Shown: positions 24,440-33,873 of the stretch, piece by piece
Layout: each line of letters begins with the position of its first letter
How positions within the stretch are numbered: position 1 is the stretch's first letter
Origin: Gemmatimonadota bacterium
Lineage (GTDB): Bacteria; Blakebacterota; Blakebacteria; Blakebacterales; Blakebacteraceae
Assembly: GCA_030631625.1 (NCBI GenBank)
Contig: DAOVKT010000001.1
Span: 1-41,162, forward strand
Direction: 5' to 3'
Length of the DNA: 41,162 bases
Notes under the pieces: generated by a model
Databases searched by the model: none
Told to the model about the DNA's origin: nothing
What the model saw: only the letters and a program-made list of their open reading frames with translations
Translations under genes and position numbers: made by a program

Positions 24440-26491
24440 TCACAGAAGTGGGGCGATAACCAGGCTCACCACACTCATCAGTTTGATAAGGATGTTCATG
24501 GATGGTCCTGAGGTGTCCTTGAAGGGATCTCCGACCGTGTCCCCGACAACTGCGGCCTTGTGAGGCTCTGATCCCTTCCCTCCGAGATTGCCCTTTTCAA
24601 TCCACTTCTTTGCGTTGTCCCAGGCGCCACCACCATTGGCCATCATCAGGGCCAGCATCACGCCGGTCACCGTCGCGCCTGCCAGCATACCGCAGAGCGC
24701 AACGGGACCAAGGATGAACCCGACAGCAACCGGCGAGATGACGGCGAGCAGTCCCGGTGCGATCATATACTGCAGGGCCGCCCGGGTAGAGATGTCCACG
24801 CAACGTGCTGCGTCAGGACGCACCCCCTCCTCACCTTCGAGAAGACCGGGAATCTCCCTGAACTGGCGCCTTATCTCATTGATCATCTTGAAGGCTGCTT
24901 TGCCTACACTCGTCATTGTCATAGAAGCTGCCATAAAGGGAAGTATTGCTCCCAACAGCAGTCCGATCATAACCATCGGGTTGGTTATGGAAATGTCCAG
25001 AGGTGCCCCACCTCTTGCGGCGATGCTGGTTGATACCGCACTGTTATAGGCGGCAAAGAGGGCAAGTGCCGTCAGTGCGGCCGATCCGATAGCGAATCCC
25101 TTCCCCATGGCGGCTGTTGTGTTTCCGACTGTGTCCAGGCCATCAGTTATCTTCCGAACCTCCGGTCCCAGGCCTGCCAGCTCACTGATGCCCCCGGCGT
25201 TATCAGAAATCGGCCCGTAGGCATCTACGCTCATCGTGATACCCACCGTGGCTAGCATACCCACGGCGGAGATGCCGATCCCGTAAAGACCCGCTGCCTG
25301 GTTCGCCACATAGATGGCTATCGCGATACAGAGGACTGGAAAAGCAGTGCTCTCGAGCCCCACAGCGAGACCGGCGATGATATTGGTTGCAGCCCCGGTC
25401 TTGCTTGCCTCGGCGATACGCCTGATGGGCTTGGCGGACGTGTAGTACTCGGTGATCAGCCCGATCAGTATCCCGACAATAGTGCCACTGAAAACCGCCC
25501 AGAAGACGCCCTGCTTTATTCCGAGGACACCCACACTCAGATAGGCCGCTACAAGAAACAACCCTGCCGCGACGAAGGTGGCGTAGCGCAGCGCGGCCGC
25601 CGGGTGCAGCCCCCGCAGGATGCGTATGCTGGCGATCCCCACAAATGAGGCCACGAGCCCCAGCATCACCATGAAGATCGGGAGAAGCATCGCTGCCGAT
25701 TTGATAGACTCAGGATCCCCTGAGCCCAACTTAGCGAGTGCAGCAGCTGTAGCCGTAGCGGCTATAGCGATGGTCGCGATGATCGAACCCACGTACGATT
25801 CGAAGATGTCGGCGCCCATACCCGCCGTATCCCCGACGTTGTCTCCCACCAGGTCGGCGATCACACCCGGGTTGCGCGGGTCGTCCTCGGGAATGCCGGC
25901 TTCCAACTTGCCGACCAGGTCCGCGCCGATATCGGCGGTCTTCGTAAAAATACCGCCGCCGACGCGCGCAAAGAGTGCAATCGAAGAGGCACCCATTGCA
26001 AAGCCGTTGATGCTGCTAACCGTGGTCGGATCGCCACCGAAGATCCAGAAGACCACACCGACGCCAAGAAGACCCAGGCTTGCCACGGCAAGACCCATCA
26101 CTACTCCACCAGAGAACGCCACCTGAAGGGCGACTCCAGGACCTTCACTGCGGGCGGCTTCCGTAGTCCTCACGTTGGCTTTCGTTGCAGCCTGCATGCC
26201 TATGAATCCGGCCAGCAGTGAGCATAGCGCCCCGCCCAGGAACGCCAGTGCGGTATTGATACCCAGCTGCCACAGCAGCAGCAGGAAGACTACGGCAACG
26301 AAAATGATCAGTATGCTGTATTCCCTGCGAAGAAATACCATGGCTCCTTCATGGATCTGGTTCGATATGTCCTGCATCTTCTCCGTGCCCTGCGGCTTGC
26401 GGATGATGGATACCAGGACCCCGAAAGCCATCACGATCCCAACAGCCCCAAGGATGGGAGCCAGCGTGATCAGTGTTCTTTCAAGTCCCAT
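24440..26491 (-). CDS. hppA: Membrane-bound ion-translocating pyrophosphatase, K+-dependent type
   Basis: 683 aa, about 16 TM segments. [18 protein letters not shown] and [42 protein letters not shown] has Ala at the position that distinguishes K+-dependent enzymes. Confidence 0.95.
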   Translation of the reverse strand: MGLERTLITLAPILGAVGIVMAFGVLVSIIRKPQGTEKMQDISNQIHEGAMVFLRREYSILIIFVAVVFLLLLWQLGINTALAFLGGALCSLLAGFIGMQAATKANVRTTEAARSEGPGVALQVAFSGGVVMGLAVASLGLLGVGVVFWIFGGDPTTVSSINGFAMGASSIALFARVGGGIFTKTADIGADLVGKLEAGIPEDDPRNPGVIADLVGDNVGDTAGMGADIFESYVGSIIATIAIAATATAAALAKLGSGDPESIKSAAMLLPIFMVMLGLVASFVGIASIRILRGLHPAAALRYATFVAAGLFLVAAYLSVGVLGIKQGVFWAVFSGTIVGILIGLITEYYTSAKPIRRIAEASKTGAATNIIAGLAVGLESTAFPVLCIAIAIYVANQAAGLYGIGISAVGMLATVGITMSVDAYGPISDNAGGISELAGLGPEVRKITDGLDTVGNTTAAMGKGFAIGSAALTALALFAAYNSAVSTSIAARGGAPLDISITNPMVMIGLLLGAILPFMAASMTMTSVGKAAFKMINEIRRQFREIPGLLEGEEGVRPDAARCVDISTRAALQYMIAPGLLAVISPVAVGFILGPVALCGMLAGATVTGVMLALMMANGGGAWDNAKKWIEKGNLGGKGSEPHKAAVVGDTVGDPFKDTSGPSMNILIKLMSVVSLVIAPLL

Positions 26492-27074
26492 AAAGGTTTC
26501 CTTCCCCTGAGTTGAATCGATTCATGGCTTCGTCGATACCCTGCCCCAGAAGCGCCTCGACGGCATCGGCCGCGGTTGCAATCGCTTCCTTCATGACCGG
26601 GATCTCTTCTTTACTGAAAGGCCCCAGTACATATCCGGTCAGGTCCTCAGGCATATCTTTGGCACCGACACCGACCCTCAGGCGTGCAAAATCATCCAGG
26701 CCGAGCTGGTAGATAATGTTATCGAGCCCCTTGTGGCCTCCACCGGATCCTTCCTGCCTGAGCCGGATTATCCCCACAGGCAGATTTACATCATCCACAA
26801 CCACCAGCAGGCGGCTGATCTCGATCTTGTAGAACGAGATCAGTCCCTGAACGGCTAACCCGCTCTGATTCATGAAAGTCGTCGGCTTGGCAAGCACCAC
26901 CGGGACTTTCCCGAACCGCCCCTTTGCCACCAGATAATCCCCTTTGCCACCGACGAATCCAAGACCCCAGCGCTCGGCGAGCAGCGATACTACCTCGAAG
27001 CCCGTGTTATGCCTGCTATCGTTGTATCCGCGGCCGGGATTACCCAACCCGACGATCAGGAATGGAGTGTCCAT
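26481..27074 (-). CDS. pth: Peptidyl-tRNA hydrolase
   Basis: [24 protein letters not shown]. Its 3' end overlaps the hppA start by 11 nt. Confidence 0.95.
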   Translation of the reverse strand: MDTPFLIVGLGNPGRGYNDSRHNTGFEVVSLLAERWGLGFVGGKGDYLVAKGRFGKVPVVLAKPTTFMNQSGLAVQGLISFYKIEISRLLVVVDDVNLPVGIIRLRQEGSGGGHKGLDNIIYQLGLDDFARLRVGVGAKDMPEDLTGYVLGPFSKEEIPVMKEAIATAADAVEALLGQGIDEAMNRFNSGEGNLYGT

Positions 27075-27110
27075 TAAGGCAGATTATGCAGTGGTTGAAG
27101 GAGACGGGGA

Positions 27111-27797
27111 TCAGCCCTCGTCTCCCGCACCCCCCTCTGCGGCCGCTTCCCTGGCCTCTTCCTCGACTTCCCTTTCCCCGACCAGTTCCGGCTCCTCCAT
27201 TTCCAGTGCGACAACTTCCTCCACTACCTCTTCGATCACACGTGGAGCGGCAACTTGGACAACGGTTCTCTCGATGTTCGTATGGACCTTGTAGCTACCC
27301 AGGACTACATCGCTAAGGTGGTAGGAGTCCCCGATATCCAGATCGGTTACATCGATCGTGAATTTCTCTGGAATCTCGGTCGGAAGACACTCGATCTCAA
27401 TGGCATACAGGCGCTGCTCCAGGATACCGCCCCTCTTCACTCCTTCAGCCTGACCTGTCAGATGCAGAGGCACATCCACCCGAATGCCCTCGGTGAGATC
27501 GATATGGACGAAATCGAGATGGCGCAGCTCGTTACGTACCGGATCCCTCTGCACCTCCCGGATAAGAGTTATCCGATCCGATTTCTTTTCATCATCCAGA
27601 AGCAGGGTTATCAGGGTATTCTCGGTTAGGCCCTGCTTGACGAGAGCCTGGAATTCGAGAACGTCGATCTGGATCGGTTGCGGATCTTCGTGGACACCAT
27701 ACAGAACCGCAGGAATGCTTTTGTTGCGGCGGATACGTCGAGCCGCTCTCGTGCCCGTCGCCTCACGGCGGCGGGCCCGAAGAATTGTTTTTTCCAT
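27111..27797 (-). CDS. rplY: 50S ribosomal protein L25 / general stress protein Ctc, long form with acidic tail
   Basis: LRARRREATGTRAARRIRRNKSIPAVLYGVHEDPQPIQID. C-terminal tail EVVEEVVALEMEEPELVGEREVEEEAREAAAEGGAGDEG. Confidence 0.9.
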   Translation of the reverse strand: MEKTILRARRREATGTRAARRIRRNKSIPAVLYGVHEDPQPIQIDVLEFQALVKQGLTENTLITLLLDDEKKSDRITLIREVQRDPVRNELRHLDFVHIDLTEGIRVDVPLHLTGQAEGVKRGGILEQRLYAIEIECLPTEIPEKFTIDVTDLDIGDSYHLSDVVLGSYKVHTNIERTVVQVAAPRVIEEVVEEVVALEMEEPELVGEREVEEEAREAAAEGGAGDEG

Positions 27798-27871
27798 GCT
27801 AGCTCGGCCTCCTGACGGGCCGCGGTCAGGGATGGCTCCCTACAGCGGCCGCTGGCATGTATATGCATGCA

Positions 27872-28807
27872 CTAGTCAAACAACGTGCTGATGCTCTCCT
27901 CGCCGTAAGTGCGACGGATAGCTTCGCCGAAAATATGTCCGACAGAGACGATTTCCAAGTCCGGAAACTGTTTTTCTTCCGGTATGTACAGTGTGTTCGT
28001 AGTGATGACTTTCTCGATATCGCTCTCCTGCAGCCGCTCCACTGCCGGACCGGAGAGAATCCCGTGGGTGCAGGCGGCGACAATAGTGCCGGCCCCTTTA
28101 TCTTTCAGGGCTTTTGCGGCCTCACATAAAGTCCCGGCGGTATCTACCATATCGTCGAGTAACAGAATATTCTTCCCCTTCACCCTTCCTATCACGTTCA
28201 ACACCTCGACGGCGTTCGCCTCCGGACGTCGTTTATCTATAAAGGCCAACCCGGTATCCAGCTTCTTCGCATATGCCCTGGCCATGCGCAGCGAACCCAC
28301 ATCGGGCGCGACCACTATCATGTCCGGGATGTTCATGCTCTTGAAGTATTCCGTGAAGGCCATGCTGGAATAGAGGTGATCCACGGGGATGTCGAAGAAG
28401 CCCTGGATCTGGGCAGCGTGCAGGTCCATGGTCAGCAGCCGGTGTGCGCCGGCCTTGGTGATCAGGTCGGCCATCAGCTTGGCCGAAATGCTCACCCGGG
28501 GCTGATCCTTCCGGTCCTGCCTGCAGTAGCCGTAATAAGGGACGACCGCCGTAACCCGCCTGGCGGACGATTTACGGGCAGCATCAAGCATCAGGAAGAG
28601 CTCCAGCAGGTTGGCGGCCGGGCTGTTGGTGGACTGTATGATGAAAACGTCCGCGCCCCGGATGTTCTCCTGATATTTAACGAAGATCTCTCCGTCGGAA
28701 AAAGTGCGGATCTCTATCGCGCCAAGGGGTAGTTCCAGGTATTCCGCGACTTCCTCGGCCAGCGGCAGGTTGGAAGTCCCGCTGAACAGTTTCATATCGT
28801 GCGGCAT
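27872..28807 (-). CDS. prs: Ribose-phosphate pyrophosphokinase (PRPP synthetase)
   Basis: MKLFSGTSNLPLAEEVAEYL, RQDRK, and the PRPP-binding loop LLLDDMVDTAGT. Confidence 0.95.
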   Translation of the reverse strand: MPHDMKLFSGTSNLPLAEEVAEYLELPLGAIEIRTFSDGEIFVKYQENIRGADVFIIQSTNSPAANLLELFLMLDAARKSSARRVTAVVPYYGYCRQDRKDQPRVSISAKLMADLITKAGAHRLLTMDLHAAQIQGFFDIPVDHLYSSMAFTEYFKSMNIPDMIVVAPDVGSLRMARAYAKKLDTGLAFIDKRRPEANAVEVLNVIGRVKGKNILLLDDMVDTAGTLCEAAKALKDKGAGTIVAACTHGILSGPAVERLQESDIEKVITTNTLYIPEEKQFPDLEIVSVGHIFGEAIRRTYGEESISTLFD

Positions 28808-29036
28808 CAGGCTCTTCCCATCAGTTTCGAACCGACATCAATGTTGGTATGTGTGATGCAGACTAGTAAGGGGACCTCTGTGATGCAACAGCCTGCATGC
28901 AATCACAATAATCCTTGCAGCGACAAGATCAGCCGGAGTGTTTTTTCTCCAGCGTAATCGCGGACGAGCATAGCAGAAGACCCGACCTGTGACGAGCAAT
29001 TATGGAAGCCCATTTCGATACGGCAGAGGTGATAAA

Positions 29037-29110
29037 TGGCTGGGGTGCCAGGATTCGAACCTGGATTGCCGGATCCAAAGTCCGGGGACTTACCATTAGT
29101 CGACACCCCA
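29037..29110 (-). tRNA. tRNA-Gln (anticodon UUG), CCA encoded
   Basis: The reverse complement TGGGGTGTCGACTAATGGTAAGTCCCCGGACTTTGGATCCGGCAATCCAGGTTCGAATCCTGGCACCCCAGCCA. Anticodon loop is CTTTGGA. It has the U1-A72 pair typical of tRNA-Gln. Confidence 0.95.
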
Positions 29111-29152
29111 GCTGGTATGAGATTGGTGCTCCGATCGTGGGATGTCCGTCTT

Positions 29153-29491
29153 TTACTCTTGATCGGAGTCAGAGGACTCTTCATCGGGGCTGGGCTCATC
29201 TTGCTCAGCATCCTGCTCAGCACCCTGCTGGCCAGCCGTCTCTAATTCGGTCTCGTATGCGGCAATGACCTCCGCCTCCAGTTTCGATCGCATCTCGCTT
29301 GTAATCGGGTGGGCGATATCCTGGTAGGTCCCGTCGGAACGACGCCGGGAGGGCATTGAGACGAAAAGACCATTGCGCCCTTCGATAACCTTCAGGCCTC
29401 GGACCACAAACTCGCTGTCGAAGGTGACGTTGGCAAATGCTTTGAGTCTGTCCTCGTCGCAGAGGGAAATCCTGACCTCGGTAATTTTCAC
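29153..29491 (-). CDS. spoVG: SpoVG-family nucleic-acid-binding protein with acidic tail
   Basis: (GTG)KITEVRISLCDEDRLKAFANVTFDSEFVVRGLKVIEGRNGLFVSMPSRR. GGAAGG lies upstream of the GTG start. Confidence 0.9.
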   Translation of the reverse strand: MKITEVRISLCDEDRLKAFANVTFDSEFVVRGLKVIEGRNGLFVSMPSRRRSDGTYQDIAHPITSEMRSKLEAEVIAAYETELETAGQQGAEQDAEQDEPSPDEESSDSDQE

Positions 29492-29549
29492 TTTGGGGTA
29501 CCTTCCATCCCCGCAGGTGTTTGAGCCCCGGGTTTTAGATGCTGTGAAA

Positions 29550-30413
29550 TCACTGCAGAACAGACCTTACGCTGCAAAACCCATCGGCCGCTAACTTTCG
29601 AGCAGCCTCAGCCGCATCCTTTTCACTATCGAAGAGCCCGTACACCGCAGATCCGCTTCCCGTCATGGAGGTAAAACAGGTCCCCGAATCATTCAATGCC
29701 GCCAGATGAGCGGCAATTTCCGGGTGGGCGTCAACTGCTGCTTTCTGCAGATCGTTGCTCAGCTCCTCTCGGGAACACAATTCGATCAGTTCCCGGTCAT
29801 ATAAAAGATATTCGCGATAGCGCCCCGGCCGTGTCAAGGTGCAGTTGGCCGCCATGTATGCCCACCGCGTAGAGACTGAAGCCGGGGGAAGGGCAAGTAC
29901 GATAGGCGTGCCCTGAGCCGGTTCGATCGGCGTTAGCTTCTCCCCTACCCCCTCGGCCAGTGCGAAACCTCCTTCCAGGAAGAAGGACACGTCTGCTCCC
30001 AACTCCAGTGCAACCCGTTGAAGTTCCTCCGGCTCCAGCCGGGCCCCGTAAAGCTGGAGCGTCCCCTTCAGCACCGTCGCCGCATCGCTTGAGCCACCCC
30101 CCAGCCCGCTCCCTACCGGGATACGTTTTTCGATGAAAATGGAAACACCGGGCAGCCCGGCCGCCTCAATTACCGCCTCAGCCGCCTGCCAGGCGAGGTT
30201 AAAGGAATCTGAAGGAATTTTATCAAAAGACTCTGGCCGGGGTGCATCGGCTGCGGGGCGGACCTCGAGGGATATCCCATCTGAAGGCTCAATCTGGATA
30301 TCATCACCCCACACCATGGTGTGAAGGAATGTCTCAATCTCATGGTAGCCGTCGTCCCGGCGGCAAAGCAGGCGGAGCCCGATATTGATCTTGGCCGGGG
30401 CCGGCAGATTCAC
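29550..30413 (-). CDS. ispE: 4-diphosphocytidyl-2-C-methyl-D-erythritol kinase
   Basis: PAKINIGLRLLCRRDDGYHEIETFL and the GHMP-kinase loop IPVGSGLGGGSSDAA. Confidence 0.9.
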   Translation of the reverse strand: MNLPAPAKINIGLRLLCRRDDGYHEIETFLHTMVWGDDIQIEPSDGISLEVRPAADAPRPESFDKIPSDSFNLAWQAAEAVIEAAGLPGVSIFIEKRIPVGSGLGGGSSDAATVLKGTLQLYGARLEPEELQRVALELGADVSFFLEGGFALAEGVGEKLTPIEPAQGTPIVLALPPASVSTRWAYMAANCTLTRPGRYREYLLYDRELIELCSREELSNDLQKAAVDAHPEIAAHLAALNDSGTCFTSMTGSGSAVYGLFDSEKDAAEAARKLAADGFCSVRSVLQ

Positions 30414-31027
30414 TGCGAAGCCGTCAGCACCCGCTCGGCCACCTCTGCAAGGATGTGGAGCAGGACCAGGTGCCGTTCCTGGATCAGGTCGGTGTCTGTG
30501 GAGGGAACCGCCACGCAGAAATCGGAAACCGAGGCCATCGTACCGCCACCTTCACCGGTAAGGGCTGCAGTCATATGACCGTTATTCCTCGCCCAGGTAA
30601 GAGCTTTAACAACATTTGGCGAGGTCCCCGAGGTAGAGAGTCCGATAAGAAGATCACCCTTCCTCATAAGCGCCTCCGCCTGGCGTCTGAAGATCTCTTC
30701 GAATCCGTAATCGTTTCCCAGAGAAGTGAGGACAGAGGTATCCACCGTCAAGGCGATAGCAGGGGCCGGTTTATGCTCCCGCCTGAAACGACCCACTACC
30801 TCGGCGGCGAAGTGCTGTGCCTGGGCTGCACTACCCCCGTTGCCGCAGATAAGCACCGCATGGCCCTCCCTCACCACCTGCTCCAGTTTCTCGCACAGGG
30901 CCACAAACGGCTCACGCACCGAAGCGATCCATTCCTGCTTTAACACGGTTCGTCGCTCTATCTCACGATCGAACAGTTCCCCCAGTTCGGTACGGCGATC
31001 CATGGAATCAGTCATGGCGTGGCTCAC
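30410..31027 (-). CDS. gmhA: SIS-domain phosphoheptose isomerase (GmhA/DiaA family)
   Basis: ICGNGGSAAQAQHFAAEVVGRF, LGNDYGFEEIF, LIGLSTSGTSPNV. It overlaps ispE by 4 nt. Confidence 0.8.
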   Translation of the reverse strand: MSHAMTDSMDRRTELGELFDREIERRTVLKQEWIASVREPFVALCEKLEQVVREGHAVLICGNGGSAAQAQHFAAEVVGRFRREHKPAPAIALTVDTSVLTSLGNDYGFEEIFRRQAEALMRKGDLLIGLSTSGTSPNVVKALTWARNNGHMTAALTGEGGGTMASVSDFCVAVPSTDTDLIQERHLVLLHILAEVAERVLTASQ

Positions 31028-31032
31028 TTCCC

Positions 31033-31908
31033 TTATTTCTTCTCAAGTGCCTCGTTCAGTCGCCCGCTTCGATACGGTTCGGGGTCGAGGACCACGGTGG
31101 CAAACCCGGCCTCCTTCACACCGTTGAAGATCCTTTCGCGCAGCTCCAGATCCTGAAACCTGTTAAGCTCATCTTCGCCAATTTCCAGCCGCGCCAGCTC
31201 GCCATGGTGGCGGACCCGGAAGACCTTGAATCCCTTCTTCCAGAGCACCTCTTCAGCCGCTTCTATCCGGGCCAGTTTGTCCGGGCTCACTTCTTCGCCG
31301 TACGGAATGCGGCTGGCAAGGCAGGCCAAGGCGGGTTTATCCCAGGTGTCGAGCCTATGGGCCCGGCTCAAGGCACGAATATCCTCCTTGGTCAGTCCCA
31401 CTTCCAGGAGGGGGTTCTCCACGTTCATTTCATCCGCCGCTCTCAGTCCCGGGCGGTAGTCGGATACGTCATCGGCGTTCGTGCCGCAGATAACGGTGTC
31501 GAACCCACCCGATGCGAAGGTGGTACGCAGGACGGAGTATAGCTCGCGCTTGCAGAAGTAGCATCGCTCTCCAATGTTGGCGATGTACCCGGGCTCTTTA
31601 TCTTCATTTGTCTCGACGGTTTCGCACGGGATGTCGTGACGGCGGGCGAAAGAGAGAGCCTTAACCAGCTCGCGGCGAGGTATGCTGGGCGAATCGGCCA
31701 CAACCGCGAGCACCCCATCGCGCCCCAGGACCATTCTGGCGGAATACGCCACGAAAGAGCTGTCCACGCCGCCCGAGTAGGCGATGAGCACCCTCTTGTG
31801 TCGCGAGAGCCGATCGGCCAGGAGTCTCGCTTTGGAAACGAGTTCCACCGGAAGGCCGGGTTTAACGAGCGGGTTATCAGGAGATCGCCGGGAAACCGAC
31901 ATAGGCAA
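31033..31908 (-). CDS. larE: PP-loop ATP-utilising enzyme of the LarE (TIGR00268-like) family
   Basis: PP-loop AYSGGVDSS, CYFCK, and ACLASRIPYGE, which contains the LarE active-site cysteine motif. Confidence 0.75.
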   Translation of the reverse strand: MPMSVSRRSPDNPLVKPGLPVELVSKARLLADRLSRHKRVLIAYSGGVDSSFVAYSARMVLGRDGVLAVVADSPSIPRRELVKALSFARRHDIPCETVETNEDKEPGYIANIGERCYFCKRELYSVLRTTFASGGFDTVICGTNADDVSDYRPGLRAADEMNVENPLLEVGLTKEDIRALSRAHRLDTWDKPALACLASRIPYGEEVSPDKLARIEAAEEVLWKKGFKVFRVRHHGELARLEIGEDELNRFQDLELRERIFNGVKEAGFATVVLDPEPYRSGRLNEALEKK

Positions 31909-33873
31909 TCAGGGCCTCTGGGGCGGAACGGCTGTTGCCGGAGTAACGATCAGCGGAACTATGGTGTCCTGCTGGATCCTCAACAGGAAGACATTATCGT
32001 TGATCCCGGCGTTGCGGCTGAAGTTGATCGGCCCCGAGGCACCCTCGAAAGAACTCACCCCTAATAGCCAACGGCGCATCGCCTGTCTCCTGTCTGTGCC
32101 CGCAGTGCCGGGTGGCGCCATCTGCCACGCCGCCAGAGCAAGCTTGGCGGCATCATAGGCGAAGGTGGCCGTCCGGCTCGGTTGGCGCAAGTAGGCCGAG
32201 TGGAACTGGTTGGCGAAATCAATCTGCTGCATCGAGGTCCAGCCGATCGAGTATGCATCGGTGAAGACCACCCCGTTTACGTAATAGCCTCCCGACCGGA
32301 TCACCTCATACGAGTTCCACGCCGATCCCCCCAGAATCGTGGTCACCAGGTAGACGAAATTGGTCTGCAGGGCTATCTGAGCGGCATCCATCGGATCGGT
32401 GGCGGGTACCACCAGGGCGTCAAGGCTTCCCACCGGCACCGGATCGCCAAGAGTGTCCAGGTTCGCCTCCTGGATGGCGAAATTATCGGTAACCAGGATC
32501 TCGGAGGTGTCGGCTAGGCTTAAAATGAGGGCGGCCCTGCGGATCGCTTCAAGCTGCGTCTGGTAGTCGGAGGTCTCCGGGAAGTATTCCTGGTGGGCGA
32601 TGACGTTGCCCCCCTTCTCCTCCACCCTGGCTATGAACGCCTCGGCGAAATCGGGCCCGCTCCCGGTCAGAGGGTTCAGCACGGCGAAGGTCAGCATGCC
32701 GAGACTATCGATGGCGGCATCCGCCAGGGCCTGTGCCTGTATCCTCGGGGTGGCCTGGAGCTGGTAGACATTGTCACCCACTGTCGGCGCAACCGCGCTG
32801 TGCGTATAGGGAAGTATTATCGGGATTCCCATTCCCTCGGCAAGACCAGCCGCGATAAGAGCCAGCTCCTCCACAACCGGGCCGAGCAGTAGCTGCGCTC
32901 CCTCGTCCCTGATCAGTGAGAGGGTGCCTTTCAGTGTACCTTCATACGTGCCGCGCGTATTCCGGACCGCCAGCTGGGCATCCACATGGGCGGTCGCCAG
33001 CGCCAGACGAACGGCATCGACGATCTCGCGGCCTATTTCGGCGTCGGGTCCGGTGAGCGGTGCCAGCACTCCAAGTACGAATCCTGCTGGCCCGGCGGAT
33101 TTCAACCGCTCGGAGAGCTCGGCAAGTGGTCCCTCCGTGTCGCGGCCGTAACCCTCCTCCGGTGCTTCCGCCTCGATCCTCTCCAGCAGCCGCCGTGCTC
33201 TCGCCAGATCGCCCCGGTCTGCAAGCTCCTGGATCGCAACCACAGCTAGCCAGCCTTTTAGATCGGTCCCTGCCCACTCATAACCCAATCGCCGTAACTC
33301 ACCGGCGTCGAGTCGCTCGGCAACAAGCATGGCCAGTTCATCTCTGGCCGCTTCGGCCAGCCGGCTCTGCGGTTCTCTTTCAAAGACACCGGCGTATACC
33401 AGGGCGGCCTCGTAGTAGCGACCGGCCCTGGCGTGGGCACGTCCTCTCAGCCACTCTCTTTCCAGGAGATACGGCCCATCGGGATATTCACGATCCAGCC
33501 CGTCGAGAGCCTGCAGGGCGGGCTCGGGTGCGTCTGAGCCCAAGCGGCAGGCGCATAGGAGAATCCAGGCCGATGCCCTGTGCGCCCCCAGGCCACCCAT
33601 GCCGAGGGCGGCCTCAAGTATCTCGGCAGCGCGGCTGTAGCGGCCTTCCATGAAGAATTGCTGGGCCTGCTGGTAGGGGTCCCGGGATTCCTGCTGCTGT
33701 TGCTGCTGCAATTGATACTGCTGCTGCCGCTGCACACCCGTCTGATCGGGCGATCGGAGCTGTGTATATTTAACATGATCGGATGCGGCCCCAGCTACGG
33801 CGCCAACGGCAGTCCACGCTGCGGTTATCAGCACTAGGGTAGAGCCTATAGTGAAGAGGGTGCGTTGCTTCAT
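31909..33873 (-). CDS. Secreted TPR + type-I periplasmic-binding-protein (LivK-like) fusion; LpoA-like architecture
   Basis: Signal peptide, Gln-rich stretch QRQQQYQLQQQQQQ, TPR-like helices, then a Peripla_BP_6-like domain (VLGVLAPLTGPDAEIGREIVDAVRLAL...). Its start abuts the glmS stop with a 4-nt overlap. Confidence 0.6.
   Translation of the reverse strand: MKQRTLFTIGSTLVLITAAWTAVGAVAGAASDHVKYTQLRSPDQTGVQRQQQYQLQQQQQQESRDPYQQAQQFFMEGRYSRAAEILEAALGMGGLGAHRASAWILLCACRLGSDAPEPALQALDGLDREYPDGPYLLEREWLRGRAHARAGRYYEAALVYAGVFEREPQSRLAEAARDELAMLVAERLDAGELRRLGYEWAGTDLKGWLAVVAIQELADRGDLARARRLLERIEAEAPEEGYGRDTEGPLAELSERLKSAGPAGFVLGVLAPLTGPDAEIGREIVDAVRLALATAHVDAQLAVRNTRGTYEGTLKGTLSLIRDEGAQLLLGPVVEELALIAAGLAEGMGIPIILPYTHSAVAPTVGDNVYQLQATPRIQAQALADAAIDSLGMLTFAVLNPLTGSGPDFAEAFIARVEEKGGNVIAHQEYFPETSDYQTQLEAIRRAALILSLADTSEILVTDNFAIQEANLDTLGDPVPVGSLDALVVPATDPMDAAQIALQTNFVYLVTTILGGSAWNSYEVIRSGGYYVNGVVFTDAYSIGWTSMQQIDFANQFHSAYLRQPSRTATFAYDAAKLALAAWQMAPPGTAGTDRRQAMRRWLLGVSSFEGASGPINFSRNAGINDNVFLLRIQQDTIVPLIVTPATAVPPQRP
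33691..33733 (-). repeat. Imperfect CAG/CAA-rich tract encoding the poly-Gln segment of the LpoA-like protein
   Basis: ctgctgctgttgctgctgcaattgatactgctgctgccgctgc on the plus strand. Confidence 0.8.
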
